Shown one piece after another: positions 7,882 through 17,150 of a DNA stretch of 64,000 nucleotides; the stretch's first letter is position 1, and each line of letters opens with the position of its first letter. The DNA comes from a virus: positions 427,030-491,029 of IMG/VR virus record IMGVR_UViG_3300034072_000758. The stretch is one strand, 5' to 3'. Below the pieces are notes generated by a model. The model did not search any database and had not been told where the DNA came from. It saw nothing but the letters and a program-made list of their open reading frames with translations. A program made the translations under genes and the position numbers.

Positions 7882-9216
7882 TCACACGAACCAGTCGGTT
7901 CCTTCTTTTGTATCCAATAGGGTGACGCCGCGTTCGGCCAAAGCATTCCGAATGATGTCCGCCATGACCCAATCTTTACCGGCTCTTGCCAGATTGCGGT
8001 CGTAGATCAGACCTTCGATGATTTCACGCTCGTCCTTAGACACATTCTTGAACCAATCCTCGTATCGATGATTGAGGACACCAAGCAATTGCGCAGCCGC
8101 AACGAACTCGGACTTGGTTTCCGGCTTCATCAAACTGGATAATTCAGCCAGAGCCAAAGGCGTATTCAGATCATCATGAAGATGATCGAGGAATGATTGT
8201 GGCACCGGAACTTCGTGCGTGGTGAGCTTTGCCGTCTGGCGCAGGAAGGCATAGTAGCCATCCAGCCGGTTCTTCGTGGTTTGAAGAAGTTCTGGGGTCC
8301 AATTCAAGACGGTTCTATAATGCGCTGAGAGCAACGCCAAGCGCACGATTTCCCCATCCCATTCCTTTACGAGATCGTGGACCAACACGACATTCCCTAC
8401 CGACTTGGACATCTTGCCGTTATTGGTCAGGAACTCGTTATGCATCCAGTAGCGGGAATACTCGTGATTATGGCCGCAATGACCTTGAGCACATAACCCC
8501 TGAGAGATTTCATTCTCATGGTGCGGAAAGGCCAAGTCTATACCCCCGCCATGAATGTCGATAGGAAGACCCAGATTGGCTTCAATCATGGCCGAGCACT
8601 CAATGTGCCAACCGGGGCGTCCAGCACCCCACGGACTTTCCCAAGCCGGTTCACCGGGCTTCGACGGTTTCCATAGTACGAAGTCTTTTTGGTCGCGCTT
8701 ATACGACACCTCACCGATCCGGCTTTCGGCTTCGTCATCCGAACCATTGGAGAAAACACCATGATCCGGGTATGAATCCACGTCAAACAAAACGTGACCT
8801 TCCGACACATACGCATGGCCGTTCTTGATCAGACGCACAATCATGTCGATCATGGCCGGGATATGGTTGGTCGCCAGAGGTTCAATGGGAGGCCGTAGGA
8901 CGCCCACGGAGGCCATGTCTTGACGATATATGTCCGTGTAGCGTTCAGCAATAACCTTGTAGTCCACGCCCTCCTGAGAGGCTTTCTGGATGATTTTATC
9001 ATCGATGTCGGTGATGTTCCGAGCATAGATGACATGGTTATTTCCATACTTGTGGCGGAGAACACGAAACAGCAAATCGAATACGACCGCTGGGCGGGCA
9101 TTGCCGATATGTGCGTGATTATATACCGTAGGACCACAGACGTACATCGTAATCCGGTTAGGATTTCGAGGAACGAAAGTTTCTTTGGATCGAGTTTTGC
9201 TGTTGAATATCTTCAT
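7882..9216 (-). CDS. cysS: cysteinyl-tRNA synthetase (class I)
   Basis: HIGH motif (NHAHIGNARP), KMSKS motif (GKMSKSVGN), and a length typical of bacterial CysRS. Start trimmed to MKIFNSK with an AGGA RBS. The upstream in-frame extension to 9255 cannot be excluded. Confidence 0.85.
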   Translation of the reverse strand: MKIFNSKTRSKETFVPRNPNRITMYVCGPTVYNHAHIGNARPAVVFDLLFRVLRHKYGNNHVIYARNITDIDDKIIQKASQEGVDYKVIAERYTDIYRQDMASVGVLRPPIEPLATNHIPAMIDMIVRLIKNGHAYVSEGHVLFDVDSYPDHGVFSNGSDDEAESRIGEVSYKRDQKDFVLWKPSKPGEPAWESPWGAGRPGWHIECSAMIEANLGLPIDIHGGGIDLAFPHHENEISQGLCAQGHCGHNHEYSRYWMHNEFLTNNGKMSKSVGNVVLVHDLVKEWDGEIVRLALLSAHYRTVLNWTPELLQTTKNRLDGYYAFLRQTAKLTTHEVPVPQSFLDHLHDDLNTPLALAELSSLMKPETKSEFVAAAQLLGVLNHRYEDWFKNVSKDEREIIEGLIYDRNLARAGKDWVMADIIRNALAERGVTLLDTKEGTDWFV

Positions 9217-9261
9217 AGATAAATTCCTAACATAACCAATGACTGTTGGCAACACTATGGC

Positions 9262-9289
9262 TTGACAATATTAATTACCATGCTAGACT
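9262..9289 (+). promoter_or_regulatory. sigma70-like promoter TTGACA-N16-TAGACT
   Basis: Seen directly upstream of the gene at 9320, with a GGAG RBS. Confidence 0.5.
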
Positions 9290-9319
9290 AGAATTAGAAA
9301 ATATTGGAGATTAGTTTAC

Positions 9320-9571
9320 ATGATGACCCTCGACATGGCTGAAATGGAATACGATTTGAGTAAGAAAGCCCTGACTTTCTACATGGATCGTGGCGAAGCT
9401 TGGCCAAGCGAAGTCGAAGTGGTATCGCATCATACGGGTCGTGTCATCCGTTTTGTTTACGATTTGGAACTGGCTCAACAAAATGATTTCTGGGACGGCG
9501 AACTGACCGCCTTAAAACCAACCGAAGAATGTAATGTGAAAACCCTCTGGCTGGTGCCGTGTTTCCGATGA
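9320..9571 (+). CDS. hypothetical protein
   Basis: 83-aa ORF downstream of the promoter. Confidence 0.5.
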   Translation: MMTLDMAEMEYDLSKKALTFYMDRGEAWPSEVEVVSHHTGRVIRFVYDLELAQQNDFWDGELTALKPTEECNVKTLWLVPCFR

Positions 9572-9891
9572 CTGATGCCGAATATGAAAAATTAGCTCGC
9601 CGGGTCGCACACCTTATGGGGGACGACGATGCGGCTGCAAAGAGCCTGTGGCGGATGGCTGCGGGCTGTCGAGAACGCGCTGTAGAAGTCGTCCGCGCCT
9701 TCGGACAACATCTTAGTGCCGGTCTGGCCAAAACTTTAATTGAGACCGATAATGATTTCTGCGATTATGTTTGCGCATATGTCATCAACGGTGGTCTTGA
9801 AGTCGAATGGTTGTATTGGAGCCGCGATGAATATGACGCCGATCATGATCTCAAAAGAATAGCCGCGATAGCCAAGAAAGCACTGATATGA
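9559..9891 (+). CDS. hypothetical protein
   Basis: 110-aa ORF overlapping its neighbours by a few nt. Confidence 0.5.
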   Translation: MFPMTDAEYEKLARRVAHLMGDDDAAAKSLWRMAAGCRERAVEVVRAFGQHLSAGLAKTLIETDNDFCDYVCAYVINGGLEVEWLYWSRDEYDADHDLKRIAAIAKKALI

Positions 9892-10184
9892 ATCAGCCAT
9901 TGTACAAAGTAGTAATGCGGGCAGAAGAAATCAAAGATGGCTCAACCGTCACCAAAAAGACGGGTGAAGTTCAGTATACGTTCAAGAACAAATTGTCGCT
10001 GTACCAAACTCAAACCAAAGGGGAACCACCCATTCTTCCGGTCATTATCGAAGGATACTTCCTCGTTGGTGCTAGAGGACAAATCAATCAGATCAAAGGC
10101 GATCTGGAACTGATGATGACCATGACCGCCGAAGAGTTGTTGTGGTTTGCTCAAGAACTTTGTGATGAAGAGGAAGACAAATGA
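9888..10184 (+). CDS. hypothetical protein
   Basis: 98-aa ORF with an ATGA overlap. Confidence 0.5.
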   Translation: MNQPLYKVVMRAEEIKDGSTVTKKTGEVQYTFKNKLSLYQTQTKGEPPILPVIIEGYFLVGARGQINQIKGDLELMMTMTAEELLWFAQELCDEEEDK

Positions 10185-10363
10185 AATTTTGTGTGACGGC
10201 TGAAAACGATCAAGGTCTAACCTTTCAGGTTACATTCCATAATCCCAATTGGAATGGCGCAACGGCTGCTGCGCAGCGCGCCGTAAATAAGGCGGTGAAG
10301 GCCGATCCTTTCCATAAAAAGCATGGACCGTTCTTGGCCAAGAATATCGACGTGACAGCATGA
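10181..10363 (+). CDS. hypothetical protein
   Basis: 60-aa ORF with an ATGA overlap. Confidence 0.4.
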   Translation: MKFCVTAENDQGLTFQVTFHNPNWNGATAAAQRAVNKAVKADPFHKKHGPFLAKNIDVTA

Positions 10364-11130
10364 AGCGAATCAACCCCATAACCAATAGTGCGCAGGATAA
10401 GAGAGATTTTAAGATCAGAACGTTCTCTGATCTTAATCACTATCTCGACACGTTTTTGGGCGGGGAGATTGCGCGTTGTGCGAAGGCTACGGTCTTCTTC
10501 ATGATTAATCGCATGTTGGATCAACCTGCCACCAAACCATTTAAACCCTTCACAATGGGTGATATTTTACGAGTGACCGGGGAAGACATCGATGTCGTGG
10601 TCCCTTCGACAAGCTGGCTTCAAAATCTCGACATTCTTGTGTTTGATCGGTCGATTGGTGACAATGATCCAATCACCCTGAAATATAGCACTCTTTTTAA
10701 AGACTTATATCGAAATAACGATCTGGGCGCTGGGCCGAAACCAGTACCAACCCCACCTATTATCCCCCGGTTGTTGGCGGCAATTGATGGCACGGTTGAC
10801 CACGAGCACAATGTCAGAGAAAAAGAAGATCGGGTATTTACTAAGACAATCCATCGTTTTCTTAATACCAACAGACTTTTTCTTCAATACTCTCTGACCA
10901 AATGTGCCGGTAAAGAAGATAGTCATATATCCAATGATCGCAAACCAATGGTTGTTATTGAATTTATTCATAGCTATGTTGGAATTATAGGACACACTTG
11001 GTTTACGGGCGCGGGCAAAGTATTAGCTCCCGAAACCAATGTTTATTACAAGGTTCGTCCCAAAAAAGGGTCTTCGCTCGAAGAGGCCGAAGAAGAACTT
11101 ATGTTGCTGATGATGGAGGAAAGAATATGA
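10360..11130 (+). CDS. hypothetical protein (256 aa)
   Basis: Long ORF. The antisense ORFs 10620..10871 and 10705..10995 are rejected. Confidence 0.55.
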   Translation: MKRINPITNSAQDKRDFKIRTFSDLNHYLDTFLGGEIARCAKATVFFMINRMLDQPATKPFKPFTMGDILRVTGEDIDVVVPSTSWLQNLDILVFDRSIGDNDPITLKYSTLFKDLYRNNDLGAGPKPVPTPPIIPRLLAAIDGTVDHEHNVREKEDRVFTKTIHRFLNTNRLFLQYSLTKCAGKEDSHISNDRKPMVVIEFIHSYVGIIGHTWFTGAGKVLAPETNVYYKVRPKKGSSLEEAEEELMLLMMEERI

Positions 11131-11291
11131 AAATAGCTATGATTGTCGCGGCTATAGCTTTGTGCTATACCGGCAACAACACGACCAAAGAAACCACCGA
11201 TCTTGAGAACGCGCAATGGGTTCAGGGTCTTATGAATATTTTGACTGCTGTGAAATATGAAACTCCGTCCGTTACGCGATGTGATTCTTGA
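11127..11291 (+). CDS. small putative lipoprotein (MKIAMIVAAIALC lipobox-like signal)
   Basis: ORF 10998..11291 trimmed to the ATG at 11127 with a GGAGGA RBS. Signal peptide ends in ALC. Confidence 0.45.
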   Translation: MKIAMIVAAIALCYTGNNTTKETTDLENAQWVQGLMNILTAVKYETPSVTRCDS

Positions 11292-11955
11292 AGGCTTAGG
11301 TGAGGCTTGGAAATATTATCCAAAGAACCTCGCCTTAAAGAAATGCTTTCAGATCATCGGTGAAATTGAAAGCTCCAAAAAGACGGGGTTCGATGACCTG
11401 TGCCAAGCCATACAATCTTTACCGGATGGCAGCATTAAAATTTCTCGTTGTCTCGACTATTACAAGACCGTAACTTTCGATCTTAACGCAGTAGAAAGCG
11501 GCGAGATCGATTTATATAGAGCTATGGTGGAAGATGACACTTGGCACTCTGTTTTTGATTTACACATGATTAAAAATCACGCCAGTATCATCCCAGCCCC
11601 ATCGGTATCCAGAAAGCTGATTAATTTTGGGTATTGTCTTCATTGTTGTTTGAAGGCTACCACAACAAAATACGCAAGTATGTTATGTCGAGTTATAGAA
11701 GCGCTTTCGAACGAAAATTGGAAGATGTTTACTTACCATTGCCAACATGGCTATAACAACGGCATCCCGGCATCAAGATCAATATTAAGCTGGCTGCGCT
11801 ACGAGTATCAAGTAGGCCAGTATGGTCCCGATTACGATCTCTTAGCCGATGTTATAGCGATAATGGACCGGAACACTTCGTTGGCTATAGATAAATGGTT
11901 CGACCAATGCCTCATTGAGACGCGGGAGAGCGACCATAATGCAAGTGATAAATGA
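11257..11955 (+). CDS. hypothetical Cys-rich protein (232 aa)
   Basis: Long ORF with several CxxC/HC pairs (GYCLHCCLK, YHCQHG). Confidence 0.5.
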   Translation: MKLRPLRDVILEGLGEAWKYYPKNLALKKCFQIIGEIESSKKTGFDDLCQAIQSLPDGSIKISRCLDYYKTVTFDLNAVESGEIDLYRAMVEDDTWHSVFDLHMIKNHASIIPAPSVSRKLINFGYCLHCCLKATTTKYASMLCRVIEALSNENWKMFTYHCQHGYNNGIPASRSILSWLRYEYQVGQYGPDYDLLADVIAIMDRNTSLAIDKWFDQCLIETRESDHNASDK

Positions 11956-12361
11956 TCTCGTACTGCGGCGGCTCTATAAATTCTGGCTTAATAAAGACGG
12001 TGACGGCTTCATCAAAACTGGTTGATATGCTTTTCCGATTGACTGTTCGGAAAAGCATATAAGGATGAATCTTATTACCTTGGTCGATTTCGCGTTTCAA
12101 CTCTGAGCGGATTTTGAGAATTGCGGTCGAATCATATAGATAATCCTGTCGTAACAAGATGCCATTTTCCACGTCAAACCTGAACATTCTCGACATGGCT
12201 TGAACCGGGTCTTTGTGTCCAGCAAACATATTTACCGGGGCAGTCATAGGCTCATCAAACAAATCTTCTAGCTGATCAATAGGCATAATCTTGGCGCTGG
12301 AATATTGTAGCCTGAGATTTGCCATATTGATGTTTAATTTGTACGCGACGTATGAGGTCAT
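11912..12361 (-). CDS. hypothetical protein (contains a perfect 14-bp inverted repeat at 12024-12060 inside the coding region)
   Basis: ORF 11912..12475 trimmed to the Met that forms an ATGA overlap with the upstream gene. Confidence 0.45.
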   Translation of the reverse strand: MTSYVAYKLNINMANLRLQYSSAKIMPIDQLEDLFDEPMTAPVNMFAGHKDPVQAMSRMFRFDVENGILLRQDYLYDSTAILKIRSELKREIDQGNKIHPYMLFRTVNRKSISTSFDEAVTVFIKPEFIEPPQYEIIYHLHYGRSPASQ

Positions 12362-12579
12362 TGATAAGCACCACTGGTAATGGACGCCAGAAGACGCATA
12401 ACGGCCTCTGGATGCGTCTTCATTGCGTCGATGGGGCGAAGATACCCAAGGGCGCGTTTCTCGGTGTACGCCCATTCTTTAGCCCAAGAATCGATGTCGA
12501 AGTTCTTATGTTCGTCATCTTTGTCCGCATTTTCCCAGACCGCACGAGCTTGAGCTATGATTTGTTCAAGGTCAGTCAC
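12358..12579 (-). CDS. hypothetical protein
   Basis: 73-aa ORF coupled to its neighbours. Confidence 0.45.
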   Translation of the reverse strand: MTDLEQIIAQARAVWENADKDDEHKNFDIDSWAKEWAYTEKRALGYLRPIDAMKTHPEAVMRLLASITSGAYQ

Positions 12580-12760
12580 GGAGCACCAATGGGGCTTCCG
12601 ACGCTTGTTCTATGCGATACGCCTTCTCATGCCAGAACTCGAACATTTTAAGATCGTTCTTGGTCAAGGCGTGACGGAGTTCATCTATGTACCCTTGCCT
12701 CAACTCAGGAGGAAGGCTCATAAAATCGGCGACGGTTAATCTGAATGATAATGTGCTCAT
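12572..12760 (-). CDS. hypothetical protein
   Basis: 62-aa ORF, first gene of the minus-strand block. Confidence 0.4.
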   Translation of the reverse strand: MSTLSFRLTVADFMSLPPELRQGYIDELRHALTKNDLKMFEFWHEKAYRIEQASEAPLVLRD

Positions 12761-12804
12761 ATCACGAGCATATCAAAGATAGTTAATAAATGGCAATTTT
12801 AAAA

Positions 12805-12833
12805 TTGATTTATCGAGACCATATTTGATATAT
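12805..12833 (+). promoter_or_regulatory. sigma70-like promoter TTGATT-N17-ATATAT
   Basis: Seen directly in the AT-rich divergent intergenic region. Confidence 0.4.
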
Positions 12834-12840
12834 TTACTAC

Positions 12841-13128
12841 ATGACAACAGATACAGATTTCCGAAAGATCATCGCCGAAGCGTTCAAGAATGCTGACGCC
12901 AAACCAGAATATGAACGCGCCGAATACCTGATCAGGGAATTGACCGGCGTGATTGCTTTGAAGCCGGATTTGGAAAGCTTCAACGACTGTGTTATGGGGA
13001 ATTTCAACATTCGCCTTGTGATGAATAGAGCCGAATGGTATACCCCCGCGTTACGAGTGTCTGAATACATGGCCGCGCTCTTTACCGAGACGGCTAGGAT
13101 TAAAGACGAGTGGGAAAAGTCGGAATAA
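12841..13128 (+). CDS. hypothetical protein
   Basis: 95-aa ORF. Confidence 0.5.
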   Translation: MTTDTDFRKIIAEAFKNADAKPEYERAEYLIRELTGVIALKPDLESFNDCVMGNFNIRLVMNRAEWYTPALRVSEYMAALFTETARIKDEWEKSE

Positions 13129-13166
13129 CTTTTCCACAGGTTTCAGTCCTTATTGTTATATTATGG

Positions 13167-13195
13167 TTGACTTTGATACTAAATAGAATTATAGT
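13167..13195 (+). promoter_or_regulatory. sigma70-like promoter TTGACT-N17-TATAGT upstream of a tRNA trio
   Basis: Seen directly about 25 nt upstream of tRNA-Asn. Confidence 0.5.
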
Positions 13196-13220
13196 CACCA
13201 AATAGACCGTAAGGTCATGT

Positions 13221-13296
13221 TCCTCGGTAGCTCAGTTGGTAGAGCGCCTGACTGTTAATCAGGATGTCACAGGTTCGAGTCCTGTCCGAGGAGCCA
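13221..13296 (+). tRNA. tRNA-Asn (anticodon GUU), CCA encoded
   Basis: Acceptor TCCTCGG/CCGAGGA, anticodon stem CCTGA/TCAGG with loop CTGTTAA, T-arm ACAGG-TTCGAGT-CCTGT, 3' GCCA. Confidence 0.75.
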
Positions 13297-13352
13297 TTAA
13301 AATTCGTGCGTTGTTTACCGCGTTGTAGCGGAGTAATAAATACGCACTATAT

Positions 13353-13424
13353 GGCCGATTAGCTCAGTGGTAGAGCGTCTCGTTTACACCGAGAATGTCG
13401 GGAGTTCGACCCTCTCATCGGCTA
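13353..13424 (+). tRNA. tRNA-Val (anticodon UAC)
   Basis: Acceptor GGCCGAT/ATCGGCT, anticodon stem TCTCG/CGAGA with loop TTTACAC, T-arm GGGAG-TTCGACC-CTCTC. Confidence 0.7.
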
Positions 13425-13448
13425 CCCATCCTTCGGATGGTTTTCTTT
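13425..13448 (+). terminator. rho-independent terminator (CCATCC-TTCG-GGATGG + TTTTCTTT)
   Basis: UUCG tetraloop hairpin plus T-run. Confidence 0.6.
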
Positions 13449-13509
13449 ATATAAAAATAATTTTGCGGTTGCGAAATTATAAATAATGTATTAAGATGTC
13501 CTTAGATAT

Positions 13510-13581
13510 GCGGGTGTAACTCAGCGGTAGAGTGTCAGCCTTCCAAGCTGTTCGTCGCAGGTTCGATCCCTGTCACCCGCT
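13510..13581 (+). tRNA. tRNA-Gly (anticodon UCC)
   Basis: Acceptor GCGGGTG/CACCCGC, D-arm ACTC-AGCGGTA-GAGT, anticodon loop CTTCCAA, T-arm GCAGG-TTCGATC-CCTGT. Confidence 0.7.
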
Positions 13582-13600
13582 CTCTACAAAGGACATCAAG

Positions 13601-13843
13601 ATGAAACTCTTCCATTACACGAAAGAAGGCGAGCCAACCAAGGTTGGTTTCAATTTCTATCCGCCTAACGATCCGAGTTCGATTGGCTTTAAGCTGATGT
13701 TCTCGCGCCGCCATCTGATCTATCTTCGTTGGTCTAAGATCAGAAAGAAGCTCCATTTCAACATCCGCTGGATGTCTAAAGATCAATATGAGCATTCCCG
13801 CGCGCTCTATGAGATTTATAACACGCGGGTTGAGCGTCACTAA
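13601..13843 (+). CDS. hypothetical protein
   Basis: ORF 13532..13843 trimmed to the first ATG after tRNA-Gly. A terminator follows at about 13875-13898. Confidence 0.5.
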   Translation: MKLFHYTKEGEPTKVGFNFYPPNDPSSIGFKLMFSRRHLIYLRWSKIRKKLHFNIRWMSKDQYEHSRALYEIYNTRVERH

Positions 13844-13874
13844 TCCGGGTCGTGGAACTACCGCCCTCTGAAAA

Positions 13875-13898
13875 AGCCTCCGCAAGGGGGCTTTTTTA
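13875..13898 (+). terminator. rho-independent terminator
   Basis: AGCCTCC-GCAA-GGGGGCT followed by TTTTTT. Confidence 0.6.
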
Positions 13899-13933
13899 TT
13901 GCCTCAAAGTAATCATTCGTATAGTATTGAAAC

Positions 13934-14263
13934 ATGAGTATTACCGATAATATAAAACCATTTCTACCAGTAATTCACAATATGCTGGATAATAAACAAG
14001 AGACCTTTGATTTTCATATTCAACTAGAAAATACAGAAACGCTTGTGTCTATTAAAAACGAATGGGGTAATATGACTCGCAGTAGTGAGGAATTTACGAT
14101 AATTGCTCACGGGTATTTTTGTTATACTTTGTTTATGGTCCCCGGACTTGATGGCGACAAAAAAGTATATCGATACGAAAAATCCCCCACGTTCTTTCTA
14201 AACGACCGCACCGAAGAAGACATGGAAGACGTGATTTTTGAAATAACCATGCGTCTTATGTAA
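13934..14263 (+). CDS. hypothetical protein
   Basis: 109-aa ORF. Confidence 0.5.
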   Translation: MSITDNIKPFLPVIHNMLDNKQETFDFHIQLENTETLVSIKNEWGNMTRSSEEFTIIAHGYFCYTLFMVPGLDGDKKVYRYEKSPTFFLNDRTEEDMEDVIFEITMRLM

Positions 14264-14317
14264 CTTGACACGATGTCAATATTAACATAATCTATCTTCT
14301 TCCATGAGGATGAATTT

Positions 14318-14689
14318 ATGATCGACGCAAAGATTTTCGAGCCTATGTTTAAGCGGGCTTGGGCGGAAATGGGTAAATCCCTCCCGGTCGTAATTCCATT
14401 CTACTATACCAGTAAGAGTGAACAAATCACGCTCAATCTTCATAGCTTTAGCATTGAGAATCGCGGCTTTGACGAACCGTTTACTGGTTTTGTCACTATG
14501 GACATCAATCTGTCAAATAAAGCGCGCTTCGTGATCCTAGTAGAATTTGACGGAAGCTACACCCAACTAAATGGGATTACCGTTCACCGGATCAATAAGC
14601 TTTCTCACAAGTACGGGTTTCCTCGCCTTCGTGCGAATAGCACTGATGTAGAAAATATTCTGGCGTATTTGATAATGGCTGTATTCTAA
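14318..14689 (+). CDS. hypothetical protein, tandem paralog A (MIDAKIFEPMF...)
   Basis: 123-aa ORF. N-terminus is similar to the next gene. Confidence 0.5.
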   Translation: MIDAKIFEPMFKRAWAEMGKSLPVVIPFYYTSKSEQITLNLHSFSIENRGFDEPFTGFVTMDINLSNKARFVILVEFDGSYTQLNGITVHRINKLSHKYGFPRLRANSTDVENILAYLIMAVF

Positions 14690-15051
14690 TGATCGACGCT
14701 CGTAATTTCGCCACCATGTTATACAGGATAACAGATGGCAATCCTTTAACCACAGATTTGGGGTACGTCCGGCTACACTATCGGATCGACGGTGAGGAAG
14801 ATTTCATCATATTCGATATTACGGGTCATGCATATCATCCGGTCATAGAGGGACAGACTGGTGTTTCAGAAACATTTATGACTATTCGACACCAACACTT
14901 CTATATGAAGGTTGGTGTTTGGTATAGCGAAGTTTCCAAATCCATTATAAGGGCATGGTACAGAAATGGGTGGGATAATAAAGCGGTGTATAAAATTTAT
15001 AATCAAGAGGACGCTGAGAAGCATATAATGGCGGCTATGCTATATGTCTAG
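14689..15051 (+). CDS. hypothetical protein, tandem paralog B (MIDARNFATML...)
   Basis: 120-aa ORF with an ATGA overlap. Confidence 0.5.
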   Translation: MIDARNFATMLYRITDGNPLTTDLGYVRLHYRIDGEEDFIIFDITGHAYHPVIEGQTGVSETFMTIRHQHFYMKVGVWYSEVSKSIIRAWYRNGWDNKAVYKIYNQEDAEKHIMAAMLYV

Positions 15052-15427
15052 CCAACCATTCGATAGCAATCCAGAGTATGTAAAGAATCTTCCTTGGGGG
15101 TGTATTGCGCGACTTTGCCAAAGTAATATTAAAAAGAGATTCTTAGAATTTAATGATCAAGATTTCGTTTTTTCTGTAGATGAACTCACCAATGGTGTGG
15201 ATACTGCGAGGTATCATGTATTACTTTCTGAAATACAAATCGATCCTATATACGGAATATATCGTTATACAAAAAAGCTGTTCACCGCTTACGTTCATTT
15301 TGAGCGCGTGGAAAATCGCTTAATGGGTTCTAAACCACCTCTCTCTTTGTATATGCCCGTCGAGCTTTACGAGGACGACGCACCGTTAGTAGAAGAGGTG
15401 ATTTTTATGATGGCATTATTATCCTGA
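15044..15427 (+). CDS. hypothetical protein
   Basis: 127-aa ORF. Confidence 0.5.
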   Translation: MSSQPFDSNPEYVKNLPWGCIARLCQSNIKKRFLEFNDQDFVFSVDELTNGVDTARYHVLLSEIQIDPIYGIYRYTKKLFTAYVHFERVENRLMGSKPPLSLYMPVELYEDDAPLVEEVIFMMALLS

Positions 15428-15491
15428 TAGGCAAAAAATAAGGACAATTAAGCACGGCTATTTAGGGGCTATCCGGCTTCTAAATATTTTT

Positions 15492-16319
15492 ATGGCCTTC
15501 TTGAATTTAGATTTACGTCCAGTATCCAAGAAAATCGACTCCTTCGTCAGTTACGTTGATAAGCGTGTTGACGAAATGGATTTATATACTCAGACCATGT
15601 TGTTCTGTGAACTGAGTTGCTTGGCGTACTTCTCTCATAACGAGGTTCAGGATTGGGCCAAAAAATTAAATTTCCTGTCAGTAGTCGCTATCGAGAATGA
15701 TGGTGGGTTGGCATATCTGTTCGAAACGGAAACCGATCTGATCTTGTCGTTCCGTGGGAGTGATAATGCTCAGAATCGTAAAACCAACTTCGACCTCGAT
15801 CTAGTGAAGGATGGAGCTTTAGCCGGTAAAGTTCACCACGGTTTCTTGAAGCTGGCAGACAAGATGATCAACAGCTTTGTAACGCTGCTGGATGCTAATA
15901 ATTGTGAAAAGAAGGTTTGGGTAACAGGACATTCTCTGGGAGGCGCAATAGCTGCGATCATGGCCGTGAAAGCCGAGCGTCGAGTCGGACCTAATGTTGA
16001 TGGTATCGTGACTTTCGGCCAACCTAAGATAGGCAATCATGCCTATATCAAGGGAATTACTACCCCGTATTATCGTTGGGTAAACCACGAAGACATCGTA
16101 TCGAAGCTTCCGATGTGGTTACCTCATTTTGGTTCATTAAAATATCTTAACAACAAAGGTGATCTGAGCATTCAGACTTTTATTTCCACTTTGTTTATAT
16201 TCCCTTCTACCCAATCGATAGAAGATCATGACATCGTGAAATATCGCGCTGTTCTGGAAAAACAAAAGGGGAAGGAACTTAATCCCTCCCCTATGACATT
16301 CTTCAAACTTATTAAGTAA
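15492..16319 (+). CDS. class-3 (fungal-type) lipase / alpha-beta hydrolase
   Basis: GHSLGG nucleophile elbow (VWVTGHSLGGAIAAIMA), 275 aa, with downstream His/Asp candidates. Confidence 0.7.
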   Translation: MAFLNLDLRPVSKKIDSFVSYVDKRVDEMDLYTQTMLFCELSCLAYFSHNEVQDWAKKLNFLSVVAIENDGGLAYLFETETDLILSFRGSDNAQNRKTNFDLDLVKDGALAGKVHHGFLKLADKMINSFVTLLDANNCEKKVWVTGHSLGGAIAAIMAVKAERRVGPNVDGIVTFGQPKIGNHAYIKGITTPYYRWVNHEDIVSKLPMWLPHFGSLKYLNNKGDLSIQTFISTLFIFPSTQSIEDHDIVKYRAVLEKQKGKELNPSPMTFFKLIK

Positions 16320-16982
16320 TTAGAACGAAGCAGTCAGCGACAGGACGGTATGGTCCGGTTCGATTTGGGTGTTGGTGTCATGGTAACGAACGTCAACCGA
16401 CAGGCGGTCATTCAGCTTGTACGAGACACCGATGTTGCCAGTGTTGTAGGACGACTGCTGGAACGATTGTTCTCCGAGCGCGCCCGAAACAGTCAGACGA
16501 TTTGTCAACGGGTACGAAGCATTGACCTCATAGTAGAAAGCCTTGCCAGTCTCACCGAAGAACTGTGGCGAGTAATAAACGGCTGCGCCGACATTGGCCT
16601 TACCAACCGGACGCGAAACGCCAGCCTTGATTTCGCCATAAGCGTAATCGGAACCCTTCGGCTGATCAGGATAGCCGGTGTAAATCACGGCGAAATCGAA
16701 TGTGTATTCCTTGTAGGAAGGGCGGACACCCGCATACAGATTGATTTCAGCATCCGTGCTGTTATTGAAATCCACGTTGGACGCAAAAGCGCCGACATAT
16801 ACAGTGTTGTCGAAGGTGTGTTCGACACGGGCTTGAACAGCTTCATGTTGATCGGTTTGGCTGACACCACGATCCACATAATCCGAGGCGACGGTTACTG
16901 CGTAATTGGTGTCACCAGCCGAAGCCGTTGCCGCCGATACTAAACCGAGAGCGGCGATTGTTGCTGCGATAAGCACTTTCAT
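16320..16982 (-). CDS. outer-membrane beta-barrel protein (OmpA-like/porin-family) with signal peptide
   Basis: Signal peptide MKVLIAATIAALGLVSAATASA. Alternating aromatic/hydrophilic beta-strand pattern. C-terminal ...LTASF. Confidence 0.65.
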   Translation of the reverse strand: MKVLIAATIAALGLVSAATASAGDTNYAVTVASDYVDRGVSQTDQHEAVQARVEHTFDNTVYVGAFASNVDFNNSTDAEINLYAGVRPSYKEYTFDFAVIYTGYPDQPKGSDYAYGEIKAGVSRPVGKANVGAAVYYSPQFFGETGKAFYYEVNASYPLTNRLTVSGALGEQSFQQSSYNTGNIGVSYKLNDRLSVDVRYHDTNTQIEPDHTVLSLTASF

Positions 16983-17078
16983 TTTGTTTTTACCTCATGT
17001 ATTCTGAAAGGAAGCGGAATATACATGATTGGTAAAATGTATGTCAAAATATTTTTTAAATTACGGAAATAAATTAAA

Positions 17079-17107
17079 TTGACGAAATCGTAAAAAAATC
17101 TTAAGAT
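17079..17107 (+). promoter_or_regulatory. sigma70-like promoter TTGACG-N17-TAAGAT
   Basis: Seen directly in the AT-rich intergenic region. Confidence 0.4.
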
Positions 17108-17150
17108 TTTACAAATCTGTCAATAAATAATAGACAGTGAGGAAAAAGTC

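Noticed and set aside
13532-13885. ORFs 13532..13843 (+) N-terminus and 13535..13885 (-)
   Set aside because: They overlap tRNA-Gly. The minus-strand ORF is antisense to a plausible plus gene, and the plus-strand terminator follows. Only the trimmed plus ORF 13601..13843 was kept.
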